DNA from: Cenarchaeum sp.
Lineage (GTDB): Archaea > Thermoproteota > Nitrososphaeria > Nitrososphaerales > Nitrosopumilaceae
Assembly: GCA_963692915.1 (NCBI GenBank)
Contig: OY843584.1
Location: 448,001 to 512,000 of the forward strand
DNA length: 64,000 nt
Reading direction: 5' to 3'
Under the pieces are notes generated by a model, which saw only the letters and a program-made list of their open reading frames with translations, did no database searches and had not been told where the DNA came from. Positions 1-9,685 of the stretch are shown here, piece after piece. The translations under genes were made by a program, and so were the position numbers. Numbering within the stretch: the first letter of the stretch is position 1; each line of letters opens with the position of its first letter.

Positions 1-16
1 AAAGCTGCACGAATTT

Positions 17-280
17 GTGCTCTCCCCCATAGACGACAATGACGCGCTAGACATGACTGAGGCCATCACGGCAGTAAAGGGGTACATGGACTCCATAGGC
101 GAGACCCGCAACTATTCTGTCCTTGCGCGAGGCAACACGGTCAACGTGCACTCGCTTACGGGCAAGTCCATCGAGCGTGCCGAGAGCGCGCAGGACCACA
201 TGTTCTCATGCCCCCACTGCGGGTTTGTCACCGGATACGAGGTGGAGTACAATGCGCACAAGCGAATACACTATCTCTGA
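17..280 (+). CDS. C2H2-type zinc-finger protein (possibly 5'-truncated by the window edge)
   Basis: C-terminal CPHC-x12-H-x3-H (FSCPHCGFVTGYEVEYNAHKRIHY); frame is open back to the window start. Confidence 0.7.
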   Translation: MLSPIDDNDALDMTEAITAVKGYMDSIGETRNYSVLARGNTVNVHSLTGKSIERAESAQDHMFSCPHCGFVTGYEVEYNAHKRIHYL

Positions 281-328
281 GGCAGTTGGCGCATGGGACA
301 TTTGACGTGCGTGAACGCTCAAGTATGG

Positions 329-335
329 TTATAAG
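329..335 (+). promoter_or_regulatory. TATA-box-like element for the 359 ORF
   Basis: TTATAAG about 25-30 nt upstream of ATG 359 in a GC-rich background. Confidence 0.5.
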
Positions 336-358
336 GGGGACATGCGCCCGAGGGCGCG

Positions 359-535
359 ATGGAAGACAACGGGGAGCGCTCACGCCCGCAAAAGATCTAT
401 TGCGACAAGTGTGACAAGGTGTTTGGCTCTCGGCCAGAGTACGAACGCCACGTCGAGCGCCATGCCGGCGGTGGCGAGTCATGCCCAATCGACTCTGCGA
501 TATCGCGATTGCTAGGCGTTTTTCGAAGGCGTTAG
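359..535 (+). CDS. 58-aa C2H2 zinc-finger microprotein (not in ORF track)
   Basis: Manual translation MEDNGERSRPQKIYCDKCDKVFGSRPEYERHVERHAGGGESCPIDSAISRLLGVFRRR*; Y-C-x2-C-x3-F-x8-H-x3-H. Confidence 0.8.
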   Translation: MEDNGERSRPQKIYCDKCDKVFGSRPEYERHVERHAGGGESCPIDSAISRLLGVFRRR

Positions 536-537
536 CC

Positions 538-1035
538 ATGGCGCGCAGCGTGCGAATGGTCGAACAGGCCACGCGCATGGTCTTTGCGCGGCGCGTAAAT
601 GTTGCAATGGCCATTGGCGTGTTTGCCACAATGCTCCTCGTCATGCTCTTGACGGCTGACTATGTGTTCATTGAGCCATATCTCATCGCGCACGTTCCTG
701 AGGGCGGCGTGGGAGGACTTGCCATAATCGTAGTAATGTCGGCCCTCTCGGCGATGGCGATTCCCATGGGCATCCACTCGATCATGGCTGCCCGTGCCGC
801 ACGTCGCGGGATCGCCGGCGGCATGGCAGGGGCCACCGTGGGCGTCGTCGCCGGCGCATGCAGCTGTGGTCCCATAACGCTTGCCCTGGCAACCTCGCTT
901 GGCGCAGCAGGCTCGGCGACGGCATCGTTTCTCTCCGAGTATGACGTGCCGCTCCGCCTTGCGGCGATAGCCGCGCTGGGAGTCTCGATATATGCCACGT
1001 CGGCCACGCTCTCTGGCCAATGCCGCACGCCCTAG
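538..1035 (+). CDS. Integral membrane protein with a CSC motif
   Basis: About four hydrophobic segments; GACSCGP; ATG 2 nt after the upstream stop. Confidence 0.7.
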   Translation: MARSVRMVEQATRMVFARRVNVAMAIGVFATMLLVMLLTADYVFIEPYLIAHVPEGGVGGLAIIVVMSALSAMAIPMGIHSIMAARAARRGIAGGMAGATVGVVAGACSCGPITLALATSLGAAGSATASFLSEYDVPLRLAAIAALGVSIYATSATLSGQCRTP

Positions 1036-1104
1036 GCGGCCCACGCGTGCGCAGGCGCAGCCTATAGCGCAACCTTTATGACTTGACAGGGCTGCCGATC
1101 CGGT

Positions 1105-1452
1105 ATGGAGGCACAGGTAGCCGTAGAGCGTGTCCTAAAGATCAGCCCCTCGATAAGAGTGGCTAGCATCTGCGACATGAACGGCAAGCTCGTGTACCAT
1201 GCACGTCGCAAGTCAGTCAAGAACATCTTGACTCCGGCTGAGAGCAAGGCATCTCTGCGCGCATCAGCGCAGAACATGAAAAAGCGCAAAAGCCTTGCGC
1301 GCAAGCTTGGAGCGTGCAAGTACACAGTCGCCGAGTATGACAAGGTCAAGAGACTAGTCATGCCAGCGGGTCGAAACCACCTCCTGTACGTCACATGCTC
1401 CCCGAGCTTTGACCACAACAAGATCGTGAGGAAAGTAAGGACGTTCAGGTAG
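1105..1452 (+). CDS. Roadblock/LC7-like (DUF6659-like) small protein
   Basis: IRVASICDMNGKLV and LGACKYTVAEYDKVKRL pattern typical of this thaumarchaeal family. Confidence 0.65.
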   Translation: MEAQVAVERVLKISPSIRVASICDMNGKLVYHARRKSVKNILTPAESKASLRASAQNMKKRKSLARKLGACKYTVAEYDKVKRLVMPAGRNHLLYVTCSPSFDHNKIVRKVRTFR

Positions 1453-1501
1453 GACAGGTTATCCCACCATTTTTCGGTTCATTCTCAGGGTTGTTTGCGC
1501 G

Positions 1502-2434
1502 CTAGCGCATCGCCAAGGTGCCAAGGTACACGACATATGCGATGACTGCGCCTATCCCATGCACCCTCCTGATCATCCCCGTGCGCACGGCGATAAAGAG
1601 TGCGGCGCCAAACGCGATCATTATGGCATAGTCGACAAAGATCTCGCTGTCGACTTGTATGGTGAATGCTGCCGACGCCACGCCGACGATCAAGAGCACG
1701 TTGCAAATGTTGCTGCCGATGATGTTGCCGACCCCAATGTCAGTCTGTCCCCTGCGAATTGCTATCACTGATGTTATGAGCTCCGGAAGTGACGTGCCTA
1801 TTGCGACTACTGTTATGCCAATTATCCTCTCTGAGAGCCCAAAGCTCTCGGCCAGGACAACGGCGTTGTCTATGGTGAGCGTTGCGCCAGCATAGAGTGC
1901 CGTAATTCCAATTGCAATGTATGCCAGTGACCTTGGCGTGGACAATAGCTTTGTGTCACTATCGGACTCTGACACGTGATGTTTTTTTCGTGACGTGCCA
2001 CACACATACACGGTAAATGCAACCAGTGCGGCGAGAAGCAATGCGCCATCAATGTGTGAGACCTCACCGTCGATCGACACAACAACAAGGAGGGCAGAGA
2101 ACCCCAGCATAAGGGGAACCTCCCTGCGAAGCGTCTGCCTGCCTATTGCGAGCGGTACCATGATTGCCGCAACGCCGATGACCATTCCGACGTTTGCGAT
2201 GTTGCTTCCAACCACGTTGCCAAGGATAATCGCGCTGTGCTCTGTGCCTGCGGCGATGCTTGCGGCAAGCTCCGGAGTCGACGTCCCATACGCGATCACA
2301 GTCATGCCGATGACCAACGGGCTCATGCCCAGGCGCCGCGCAATCGATGCGCCCCCGCCAACAAGCCTGCTGCCGCCAAAGCAGAGCAGCGCTAGGCCGA
2401 TGCACACAAGCAGGGCGCTGATCGCCGTCTCCAT
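1502..2434 (-). CDS. Calcium/sodium antiporter (CaCA, YrbG-like)
   Basis: Two alpha repeats GTSTPEL...GNVVGSNI and GTSLPEL...GNIIGSNI; start placed at METAIS. Confidence 0.9.
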   Translation of the reverse strand: METAISALLVCIGLALLCFGGSRLVGGGASIARRLGMSPLVIGMTVIAYGTSTPELAASIAAGTEHSAIILGNVVGSNIANVGMVIGVAAIMVPLAIGRQTLRREVPLMLGFSALLVVVSIDGEVSHIDGALLLAALVAFTVYVCGTSRKKHHVSESDSDTKLLSTPRSLAYIAIGITALYAGATLTIDNAVVLAESFGLSERIIGITVVAIGTSLPELITSVIAIRRGQTDIGVGNIIGSNICNVLLIVGVASAAFTIQVDSEIFVDYAIMIAFGAALFIAVRTGMIRRVHGIGAVIAYVVYLGTLAMR

Positions 2435-2576
2435 GGACGACGCGGCGCAGAGCCTCCGTTTAAATGCAAACCTGGCGTGTGGGCTGCCATCCCCGTGGGT
2501 ACAGGCCTTGTGTGCCCGACAGTGCAGAAAGGTAATTAATCCGTGTGCCGCGCGCGCCTTCACGGTGCAGCACTCC

Positions 2577-3293
2577 ATGCCTCCTAGCGCGACCGTGACA
2601 GAGTTTTCAGCCGTGCGACTCGAACGACCCACTGTGATCGCCGGATTCGTCGGAGCCGGCCTCGTCGGGCCACTAGCCGTTGGGCACATTGTCTCGTCTA
2701 TGGGGTTTACTGAGTTTGCGTGCATGAGGTCGCATCACCTCCCGCCGGCTGCAGTGTTCCTGCGCGGCCACCTGCAGCACCCGTTTAGGTTTTATGCGCA
2801 CGAAAAGTCCAACATGTGCGCCATAATATGCGAGATAACGCTCCACATGGAGGGCATACACGATATAGTCTCGGCCATCTTTGAGTGGCTCTCCTCCAAG
2901 AATGCCGCCGAGATTGCGGTTCTCGACGGGATTGCCGATGACTCCCATGATGGACGCGCATACTATGCGGCCGAGCGCGACACGCACCACGCCGAGGCAG
3001 TGCCGGGCATCAGCATGATATCGCGGGGGTTCATCACGGGGATCTCTGGCGGCCTGCTCGATGAGTGCCTTCTACATGATGTGCGTGGCTCGGCACTTCT
3101 TGCACGGGCCAACAAGGACGCCGCTGATCCTGTAGCGGCCGCCACGCTCGTCAACGCGGTCAACTCGCTGTATGGCCTGGACGTGAACTCCTCTTCACTC
3201 CTCCGTGACGCAGAGACGATCGAGAGCACATACTCGGAGCTCTCGCGCCGTTATGCGCATCACAGGGGCGAGGCACGGGGGATGTACATGTGA
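2577..3293 (+). CDS. PAC2-family proteasome assembly chaperone
   Basis: IAGFVGAGLVG, HPFRFY, ITGISGGLL, DPVAAA and C-terminal GMYM (HbYX-like). Confidence 0.85.
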   Translation: MPPSATVTEFSAVRLERPTVIAGFVGAGLVGPLAVGHIVSSMGFTEFACMRSHHLPPAAVFLRGHLQHPFRFYAHEKSNMCAIICEITLHMEGIHDIVSAIFEWLSSKNAAEIAVLDGIADDSHDGRAYYAAERDTHHAEAVPGISMISRGFITGISGGLLDECLLHDVRGSALLARANKDAADPVAAATLVNAVNSLYGLDVNSSSLLRDAETIESTYSELSRRYAHHRGEARGMYM

Positions 3294-4342
3294 TGCGCCG
3301 TGCACAAAATCGCCGCCGATCCAAGACGCTCACATACCGTGGATCAGGCGTTGACATTGCCGCAATAGACGCGAGCCGCACGGCAATTGGGCGCCTGATA
3401 TCGTCAACACACTCGCGTACGCCCGGTGCGCGTATGGCTAGCGCATTTGGGCACTATGCGGGAATTGTGCGCACACGCGACGGCACGCTCATTGCGACTC
3501 ACACGGACGGCGTGGGAACAAAGGTGCTCATCGCATCCAAGATGCGCAAGTATGACACGGTGGGAATTGACTGTGTGGCGATGAACGTCAATGACATTGT
3601 GTGCGTTGGTGCCACACCGGTGTCCTTTGTTGACTATATCGCCGCTAGCCGCAATGACACGGCGATATTCAAAAAGATCGTGTCTGGCCTCGTCCGTGGA
3701 GCGCGGCAGGCGCGCGTTCCCATAGTTGGTGGCGAAACGGCGATCATGCCTGACCTCTTTGGCCAGGGCAAGTTCGCCTTTGATCTGGCCGGAACCGTGG
3801 TCGGCACCGTCCCGCGCAACCGTGTCATCACAGGCAAGGCAATCCGACGGCGTGACGTGATAATCGGCGCGCGCAGCTCGGGACTGCACTCCAACGGATA
3901 CTCGCTTGCCCGGCGCGCACTCGCCGGAATTCCGCTCAGCGAACGCATTGCCGGCGCGCGTCGACTCGGCGACGAGCTCCTTCGCCCGACGAGAATCTAT
4001 GCAGTTCCGGTTCTTGACGTCCTTGGGCGCTTTGACGTGCATGGCCTGGCCCACATCACCGGCGGCGCGTTCTCAAACCTCCTTCGCCTGCGGCGCGTCT
4101 CCTACGAGATCGACTCGCTGCCACGCACGCCGCCGATTATGGATCTCATCGCCTCGCGGGGCGTGGCCGACGCCGAGATGTACAGGACGTTCAACATGGG
4201 CGTTGGCCTCTGCGTCATCGCCTCCGAGTCAGAGGCAGACGGGATTGTCTCTACCCTGCGCCGGCACAGGATTGGGGCACAGGTCATAGGCCACATTGGC
4301 CCCGGAAGCGGCGTCAGGGTCAATGGCATCGACATTGCCTAG
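3290..4342 (+). CDS. purM: Phosphoribosylformylglycinamidine cyclo-ligase (AIR synthetase)
   Basis: TYRGSGVDI, TDGVGTK, GIDCVAMNVND, GGETA, SSGLHSNGYS, HITGG, TFNMGVG. Confidence 0.97.
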   Translation: MMRRAQNRRRSKTLTYRGSGVDIAAIDASRTAIGRLISSTHSRTPGARMASAFGHYAGIVRTRDGTLIATHTDGVGTKVLIASKMRKYDTVGIDCVAMNVNDIVCVGATPVSFVDYIAASRNDTAIFKKIVSGLVRGARQARVPIVGGETAIMPDLFGQGKFAFDLAGTVVGTVPRNRVITGKAIRRRDVIIGARSSGLHSNGYSLARRALAGIPLSERIAGARRLGDELLRPTRIYAVPVLDVLGRFDVHGLAHITGGAFSNLLRLRRVSYEIDSLPRTPPIMDLIASRGVADAEMYRTFNMGVGLCVIASESEADGIVSTLRRHRIGAQVIGHIGPGSGVRVNGIDIA

Positions 4343-4393
4343 CTATCCGGCGTATGGGCCCCTGGCATCATAAACCGTTAAATTAACCCCCGA

Positions 4394-5029
4394 TTGAGCC
4401 TTGTCTCGTTGGCAAAGCACGAGCTTCCCGCACTTCCATACGCGCATGATGCCCTAGAGCCCCATATTGACGCCCAGACCATGGAGATACACCACTCTAG
4501 GCACCACAAGGCATACACGGCCAAGCTCAACGCCGCACTCGAAAAGTGCCCAGCAGATGTACAGGGCATGGACATAGAGACGCTCCTGGCTTCGCTCTCT
4601 AGCGTCCCCGAGGGGGTTCGAGGAGCAGTCAACTTTAACGGCGGCGGGTTTGACAACCACTCGCTCTTTTGGCCCAGCCTGTCGCCCAACGGTGGCGGTG
4701 AGCCGGGGGGCGCGCTGGCCGATGCGATCTCGTCTGCATTTGGAAACTTTGCAGACTTTAAGGAAAAGTTCTCCTCCACCACTGCAGTCATACAGGGTAG
4801 CGGGTGGGGATGGCTCGCCTACAACCCGTCATCATCAAAGGTGGAGTATGCCGCGATGCCAAACCAGGACAGCCCGCGCACACGGGGTCTTGTGCCCCTG
4901 CTGGGCCTTGACGTCTGGGAGCACGCGTATTACCTAAAGTACCAGAACAAGCGACCTGACTATGTTGCGGCGTGGTGGAACGTTGTCAACTGGGATGAGG
5001 TCGACGCACGCCTTTCCAGGGTGCGCTAG
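4394..5029 (+). CDS. sod: Fe/Mn superoxide dismutase
   Basis: [38 protein letters not shown]. Confidence 0.97.
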   Translation: MSLVSLAKHELPALPYAHDALEPHIDAQTMEIHHSRHHKAYTAKLNAALEKCPADVQGMDIETLLASLSSVPEGVRGAVNFNGGGFDNHSLFWPSLSPNGGGEPGGALADAISSAFGNFADFKEKFSSTTAVIQGSGWGWLAYNPSSSKVEYAAMPNQDSPRTRGLVPLLGLDVWEHAYYLKYQNKRPDYVAAWWNVVNWDEVDARLSRVR

Positions 5030-5113
5030 GGTGCCACGTGCGCAGGTGCCGGTGCGCGCCTTTGATGCGGATCTGCCCATCAGGATTATAAACGGGCAGT
5101 CCGGGAGCGTGCC

Positions 5114-5401
5114 ATGCCACTAAAGCGGGCAAGCAGGGGACGCAAAAAGGGCGGCAAGGGCTCCTCTGGAGTTGTCCAGTGCACCAACTGCGGACAGACA
5201 GTTCCAAAAGACAAGGCCAAAAAGGTCACATCTAGGCTAAACCTCGTGGAGCACCAGCTCGCAAAGGAGCTTCGCGCACAGGGCACATACATCGCCTCGC
5301 CGCGGGTTCTCAAGTGGTACTGCATATCATGCGCCATACACTTTGGAATACTAAAGATTCGCTCGGCTGACTCGAGAAGAAAGCGCGGCAGGCTGCGTTA
5401 G
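5114..5401 (+). CDS. rps26e: 30S ribosomal protein S26e
   Basis: MPLKRASRGR, VQCTNCG..VPKDKAKK, YCISCAIH. Confidence 0.95.
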   Translation: MPLKRASRGRKKGGKGSSGVVQCTNCGQTVPKDKAKKVTSRLNLVEHQLAKELRAQGTYIASPRVLKWYCISCAIHFGILKIRSADSRRKRGRLR

Positions 5402-5991
5402 CCGTCCAGCTGCCTTGATGCGCGAATGACGCGCTGCACTATTGTCACTCCCGCAAGGACGCACACGAGCATCATGGCATAGTCCATTATTGACGCCGTT
5501 TGGGCCAAGCCGGCAGCTATTGCTGCTACGGCTATTATGACCAGGCGCTCGGCCCGCTCGCCCACGCCAATGCCGGCGAGCCTCACGCCGAGCGACTCTG
5601 CCCTTGACCTAGTATAGCTCACGATGAGCGAGAGGGCCAGCGCGGTGATCACGAGGTGCGGTGAGGCAACGCCGCCGACCAGGATTGCGATGAATATGGC
5701 AGCCTCGGCGACCCTGTCTGAGACGGAGTCCAGGAACGCCCCACGCGCCGTCTCCCTGCCCGATGCGCGTGCGACCTGACCGTCGACGATGTCAAGGAAC
5801 CCCGAGGCGAGGAGCGCAACTCCGGCTAGTGCGATCGAGTGGCCAGAGTTGATCCCAAAGAGGGCTGCTGACACCAAGGCGGCCACAAGGCCGATCGCGG
5901 TCCATGCCGACGGCGATATGCCGGTGGCCGCAGCCGCACGCCCGAGGCGCCCCAGCGCCGGCGAGAGCGTCTTGCGCAGGCTGTCGAGCAT
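5398..5991 (-). CDS. CDP-alcohol phosphatidyltransferase (archaetidylinositol phosphate synthase-like)
   Basis: DIVDGQVAR...GAFLDSVSDR motif; SYTRSRAE; GERAERL. Confidence 0.9.
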   Translation of the reverse strand: MLDSLRKTLSPALGRLGRAAAATGISPSAWTAIGLVAALVSAALFGINSGHSIALAGVALLASGFLDIVDGQVARASGRETARGAFLDSVSDRVAEAAIFIAILVGGVASPHLVITALALSLIVSYTRSRAESLGVRLAGIGVGERAERLVIIAVAAIAAGLAQTASIMDYAMMLVCVLAGVTIVQRVIRASRQLDG

Positions 5992-6087
5992 CGTGGGGCA
6001 GGCGGCGCTCTTTTGTATTAAAGAGTGGCGGCACGCCGCACCAGGCGGCGCGCCCCTTATATCACGCCGCTCGCGACCCCGCGCGCG

Positions 6088-7401
6088 TTGGCCGTCGAGT
6101 CCCACTTTATCCAGACGATCATAGGGGTAGGAATACTCCTCGTGGCGGCCAAGCTCATGGCCGAGCTCTTTATGAGGATCCGCCTGCCCATAGTCCTCGG
6201 CGAGCTCCTCGCTGGCATGATCATAGGCCCATTTGCGTTCGGCGCGTTTCTGGTGTATGATGGTGAGCCGCTCCTGCAGCTCGGCAGCGAGCTGCGTGTC
6301 CTCGGGGAGATCGGCGCCATAGTTATCCTCTTTATGGCCGGAATGGAGATGACGCCCCGCGAGTTTTTGCGTGGCGGCAAAAAGTCGTTCACCGTTGGCA
6401 CAATAGGGGTCGTTCTCCCGTTTTTTGCCGGACTGTGGGTGTTTCAGGCATTCGGCTTTGATGCGCTCCAGTCGATGATGATCGCCACGGCACTCACCGC
6501 AACGAGCATAGCCATCTCGCTTCAGGTTCTCACCGAGTTTGGAAAGATAAAGACGCCCGAGGCGCGCCTCATCATCGGCGCGGCAATCGTTGATGACATT
6601 CTGGCAATTGCCGTCCTCTCGGTGGTCACATCGCTTGGCGCAGATGGGGGAATAGATTCCATCGAGCTGACTGACGTCGCAATAACCATAATGCAGGTTC
6701 TTGGGTTCTTTGCGGCAATGCTCATCTCTGCAGTGTTCATAGTTCCCAAGCTGGTCGCCCCCCGTCTGTGGCACGCAAAGGGCAGTGTCGAGGGCATTGT
6801 GACGGCAATATTCTTTGGCGCCGCAGCGATAGCTGGATCTATTGGACTCTCTCCCATAGTTGGCGCGTTTGCAGTCGGCATGGCGCTATCGACGACCAAG
6901 GTTATAGACAAGGTCGAGCACTTTATCAGCAAGGTGGGACTGATATTTGCGCCGCTGTTCTTTGCCATAATTGGCGCACAGGTTAACTTTATGGAGGTTG
7001 ACGGGACCATCCTTATGCTGAGCGGGGTCATGATCGTCATTGCCATTGTCACAAAGCTCTTTGGATGCGGCCTGCCGTCATGGTACTTTCTCAAGGACAA
7101 GGCGCAGGGAATGCGTGTCGGCATTGCGATGATCTCGCGCGGCGAGGTGGGCCTCATCGTCGCCGGCGTCGGTGTCTCCTCCGGGGTCCTGACGGGGAGC
7201 GTCTACTCGACGATCGTGATAATGGTGGCAGTCACGACAATAATCACGCCAATCTGGCTAAAGCTCGACTATGCCAAGAGGGACGGCGCGAAGCGCAAGG
7301 ACCGGTCAGACAACCCGCACGAGGGAAGGGAGTTTGTCTTTGTGCCGCCCGAGGACACGCCTATCAATGGCGAAGACATAGCGGATGGCCATAAGCCTTA
7401 A
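6088..7401 (+). CDS. Cation:proton antiporter (CPA2/NapA-like)
   Basis: LGELLAGMIIGP, TATSIAIS, AAIVDDIL, MISRGEV; about 12 TM segments; TTG start inferred. Confidence 0.9.
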   Translation: MAVESHFIQTIIGVGILLVAAKLMAELFMRIRLPIVLGELLAGMIIGPFAFGAFLVYDGEPLLQLGSELRVLGEIGAIVILFMAGMEMTPREFLRGGKKSFTVGTIGVVLPFFAGLWVFQAFGFDALQSMMIATALTATSIAISLQVLTEFGKIKTPEARLIIGAAIVDDILAIAVLSVVTSLGADGGIDSIELTDVAITIMQVLGFFAAMLISAVFIVPKLVAPRLWHAKGSVEGIVTAIFFGAAAIAGSIGLSPIVGAFAVGMALSTTKVIDKVEHFISKVGLIFAPLFFAIIGAQVNFMEVDGTILMLSGVMIVIAIVTKLFGCGLPSWYFLKDKAQGMRVGIAMISRGEVGLIVAGVGVSSGVLTGSVYSTIVIMVAVTTIITPIWLKLDYAKRDGAKRKDRSDNPHEGREFVFVPPEDTPINGEDIADGHKP

Positions 7402-7432
7402 ATCATATCGCATGGGGGGCTGCCTCACTGCT

Positions 7433-8047
7433 TTGGCTGAAGACTATGTGACATCGTGCTCCGAGTGCGGCAAGGCCGTGACGCGCGAGACAATGAAGTA
7501 CGATGGCAAGCGCGCCCTCTGCCCCGAGTGCCAGCAGTCAGCATCGGCGGGAAGCTCGGGCACGGACATTGACAAGCAGCTCTCGCTTCTAAGGGTCGAG
7601 CTCATCAAGCTAAAGAACCTCCGCTCCCAGCTAGGCGGCACGTCCAAGAAGACGCCTGCAAAAAAGAGGGCGTCGCCTGCCAGGAAAAAGAGGCGACCGG
7701 CCAGGGCTGGCGCGCGCAAGACATCGGCGACAAGGCGACCAAAGCGCAAGACGACGCGCAAAAAGACCAGGGCGACGACGTCGCGGAGGAGGCCGTCCTC
7801 GCGCACGACTGCGAGGAAAAAGCCGACGACACGAAAGCGCACCGTCACTAGGAAAAGGCCGACTGTCCGCAAGAGAACGACGTCTAGCGGTGCGGCACGG
7901 CGGCGAGTCGCAAAAAGAGCCACTGGGCGGAGCACGACGCGAAAGAGGACGACTGTAAAGAGGGCACGTCCCGTGAGGCGACGTGTCGCAAAGACCACTG
8001 TGCGCAGGAGGGTGAGTCGGCGCGCAACTGCCAAAAGACGGCGCTAG
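7433..8047 (+). CDS. Zn-ribbon + coiled-coil protein with a histone H1/protamine-like basic tail
   Basis: CSEC-x17-CPEC, heptad IDKQLSLLRVELIKLKNLRSQL, then about 130 residues dominated by R/K/T/A/S/P; TTG start inferred. Confidence 0.75.
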   Translation: MAEDYVTSCSECGKAVTRETMKYDGKRALCPECQQSASAGSSGTDIDKQLSLLRVELIKLKNLRSQLGGTSKKTPAKKRASPARKKRRPARAGARKTSATRRPKRKTTRKKTRATTSRRRPSSRTTARKKPTTRKRTVTRKRPTVRKRTTSSGAARRRVAKRATGRSTTRKRTTVKRARPVRRRVAKTTVRRRVSRRATAKRRR

Positions 8048-8101
8048 GGCAGCGTGTGGCACCCATACAGAATTTATGCAGGGTCGGATATCGTGCGCGC
8101 A

Positions 8102-9685
8102 ATGAAACAGGTGCATGGGAACCGGCTTGCCAGCGCATGCGCGGAGATACTTGGGGCACTAGGTGCCGCAGATCATGGTGCGAGCGCCGTGCGCTCGATA
8201 ATACGCGACGCGTGCGCCAGGCACTCGCTTGGGCGCATACCGTCAAACGAGGAGATACTCGCGCATGGCGGTGTCACCCAACGCGCGCGCGCGGCCCTCC
8301 TAAAGCGTCCCATAAAGACGGCCTCTGGAGTCGCAGTCATCGCCGTGATGCCGATGCCATACTCTTGTCCGCACGGCAGGTGCACGTACTGTCCCGGAGG
8401 GCCGGCAAGCGGAACGCCTAACAGCTATACGGGCAGCGAGCCCATAGCGGCCGGCGCGATGGCCTCCTCGTACGATCCCGGCACGCAGGTGCGCTCGGCC
8501 CTTGCGCGCCTTGGGGCTCGCGGCCATGACACCTCAAAGGTGGAGATTGTCATAGTGGGCGGGACGTTCCTCTTTATGCCGCCAGAATACCAGGAGTGGT
8601 TTGTCATGTCCTGCTATGGCGCGCTCAACGGGGGCGCCTCGGCGACGCTTGATGGGGCAAAGTCGCTCAACGAGCGCGCCTCCTCGCGCTGCGTGGGCCT
8701 GACGATCGAGACAAAGCCGGACTATTGCAGGCGTGCCCACGTGGACGCAATGCTCGAATTCGGCGCAACGCGCGTCGAGATAGGCATACAGTGCCTGCGC
8801 GAGCGCGTGTACAGGGCAGTCAACAGGGGACACACGTACGCCGATGTCGTAGAGTCACTGCGCGTGTCGCGTGATGCGGGCTACAAGGTCGTCGCCCACA
8901 TGATGTCCGGCCTGCCGACAATGTCTATTGAGGACGACATAGAGGACTTTGGGCGGCTCTGGGAGGATCCTGACCTGCGGCCAGACATGCTAAAGATCTA
9001 TCCGCTCCTCGTCCTGCCGGGCACACAGATGCACGACGAGTACGCCTCTGGCCTCTATGAGGCGCGAAGCGAGGAGCAGACAGTCGACCTTCTCGCAAGA
9101 ATAAAGGCCAACGTTCCGCCATGGGTGCGCATAATGCGCGTGCAGCGCGAGATACCCGGCAGCGAGATCATCGCCGGCGCGCGTGCCGGAAACCTGCGCC
9201 AGGCCGTCCATGAGAGAATGCGGCGTGATGGCACGAGCTGCGCGTGCATCAGGTGCCGCGAGGCCGGCCTTGCCGGAGTCTCCTCCATTCCCGACGGTGG
9301 CCTGTCATTGCGCCGAATCGACTACGCGTCCTCGCGCGGAAGTGAGGCGTTCCTGTCCATGGAGGATTCGGACTCGCGCACCTATGGCTATCTTCGCCTT
9401 CGCAGGCCCGGTCCGTCAGCGCATAGGCCCGAGGTCGGGGCCGGCTCGTGCATTGTGCGCGAGCTGCACGTGCTCGGCCAGCAGGTTCGCATAGGTGGAC
9501 ACGGCACGGGCATACAGCATTCTGGAATCGGCGCGCGCCTGTTGCGCGAGGCAGAAAGGATCGCACATGATGACTTTGCCGCCTCTACGCTCCTAGTCAT
9601 CAGCGCAGTCGGCACGCGCGGCTATTATGCGCGCCATGGGTACAGGAGGCTTGGCCCATACATGGCAAGGGGGATTGGGCGTTGA
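8102..9685 (+). CDS. elp3: Elp3 tRNA uridine(34) acetyltransferase (radical SAM + GNAT)
   Basis: KTASGVAVIAVM, CPHGRCTYCPGG, GGTF, RVQRE, CIRCRE, VRELHV, QHSGIG, VISAVGTRGYY. Confidence 0.95.
   Translation: MKQVHGNRLASACAEILGALGAADHGASAVRSIIRDACARHSLGRIPSNEEILAHGGVTQRARAALLKRPIKTASGVAVIAVMPMPYSCPHGRCTYCPGGPASGTPNSYTGSEPIAAGAMASSYDPGTQVRSALARLGARGHDTSKVEIVIVGGTFLFMPPEYQEWFVMSCYGALNGGASATLDGAKSLNERASSRCVGLTIETKPDYCRRAHVDAMLEFGATRVEIGIQCLRERVYRAVNRGHTYADVVESLRVSRDAGYKVVAHMMSGLPTMSIEDDIEDFGRLWEDPDLRPDMLKIYPLLVLPGTQMHDEYASGLYEARSEEQTVDLLARIKANVPPWVRIMRVQREIPGSEIIAGARAGNLRQAVHERMRRDGTSCACIRCREAGLAGVSSIPDGGLSLRRIDYASSRGSEAFLSMEDSDSRTYGYLRLRRPGPSAHRPEVGAGSCIVRELHVLGQQVRIGGHGTGIQHSGIGARLLREAERIAHDDFAASTLLVISAVGTRGYYARHGYRRLGPYMARGIGR

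Noticed and set aside
1995-2725. Long N-terminal extensions making the antiporter and PAC2 ORFs overlap (similar cases at 5398-6774, 24379-25596 and 33874)
   Set aside because: ORF-caller artefacts in GC-rich DNA; family motifs begin at downstream starts with AT-rich promoter elements in between
7444-8034. Hydrophobic-looking 196-aa antisense ORF
   Set aside because: Mirror of the K/R/T-rich sense gene (AAG/ACG codons read as L/V/R/F); no independent motif
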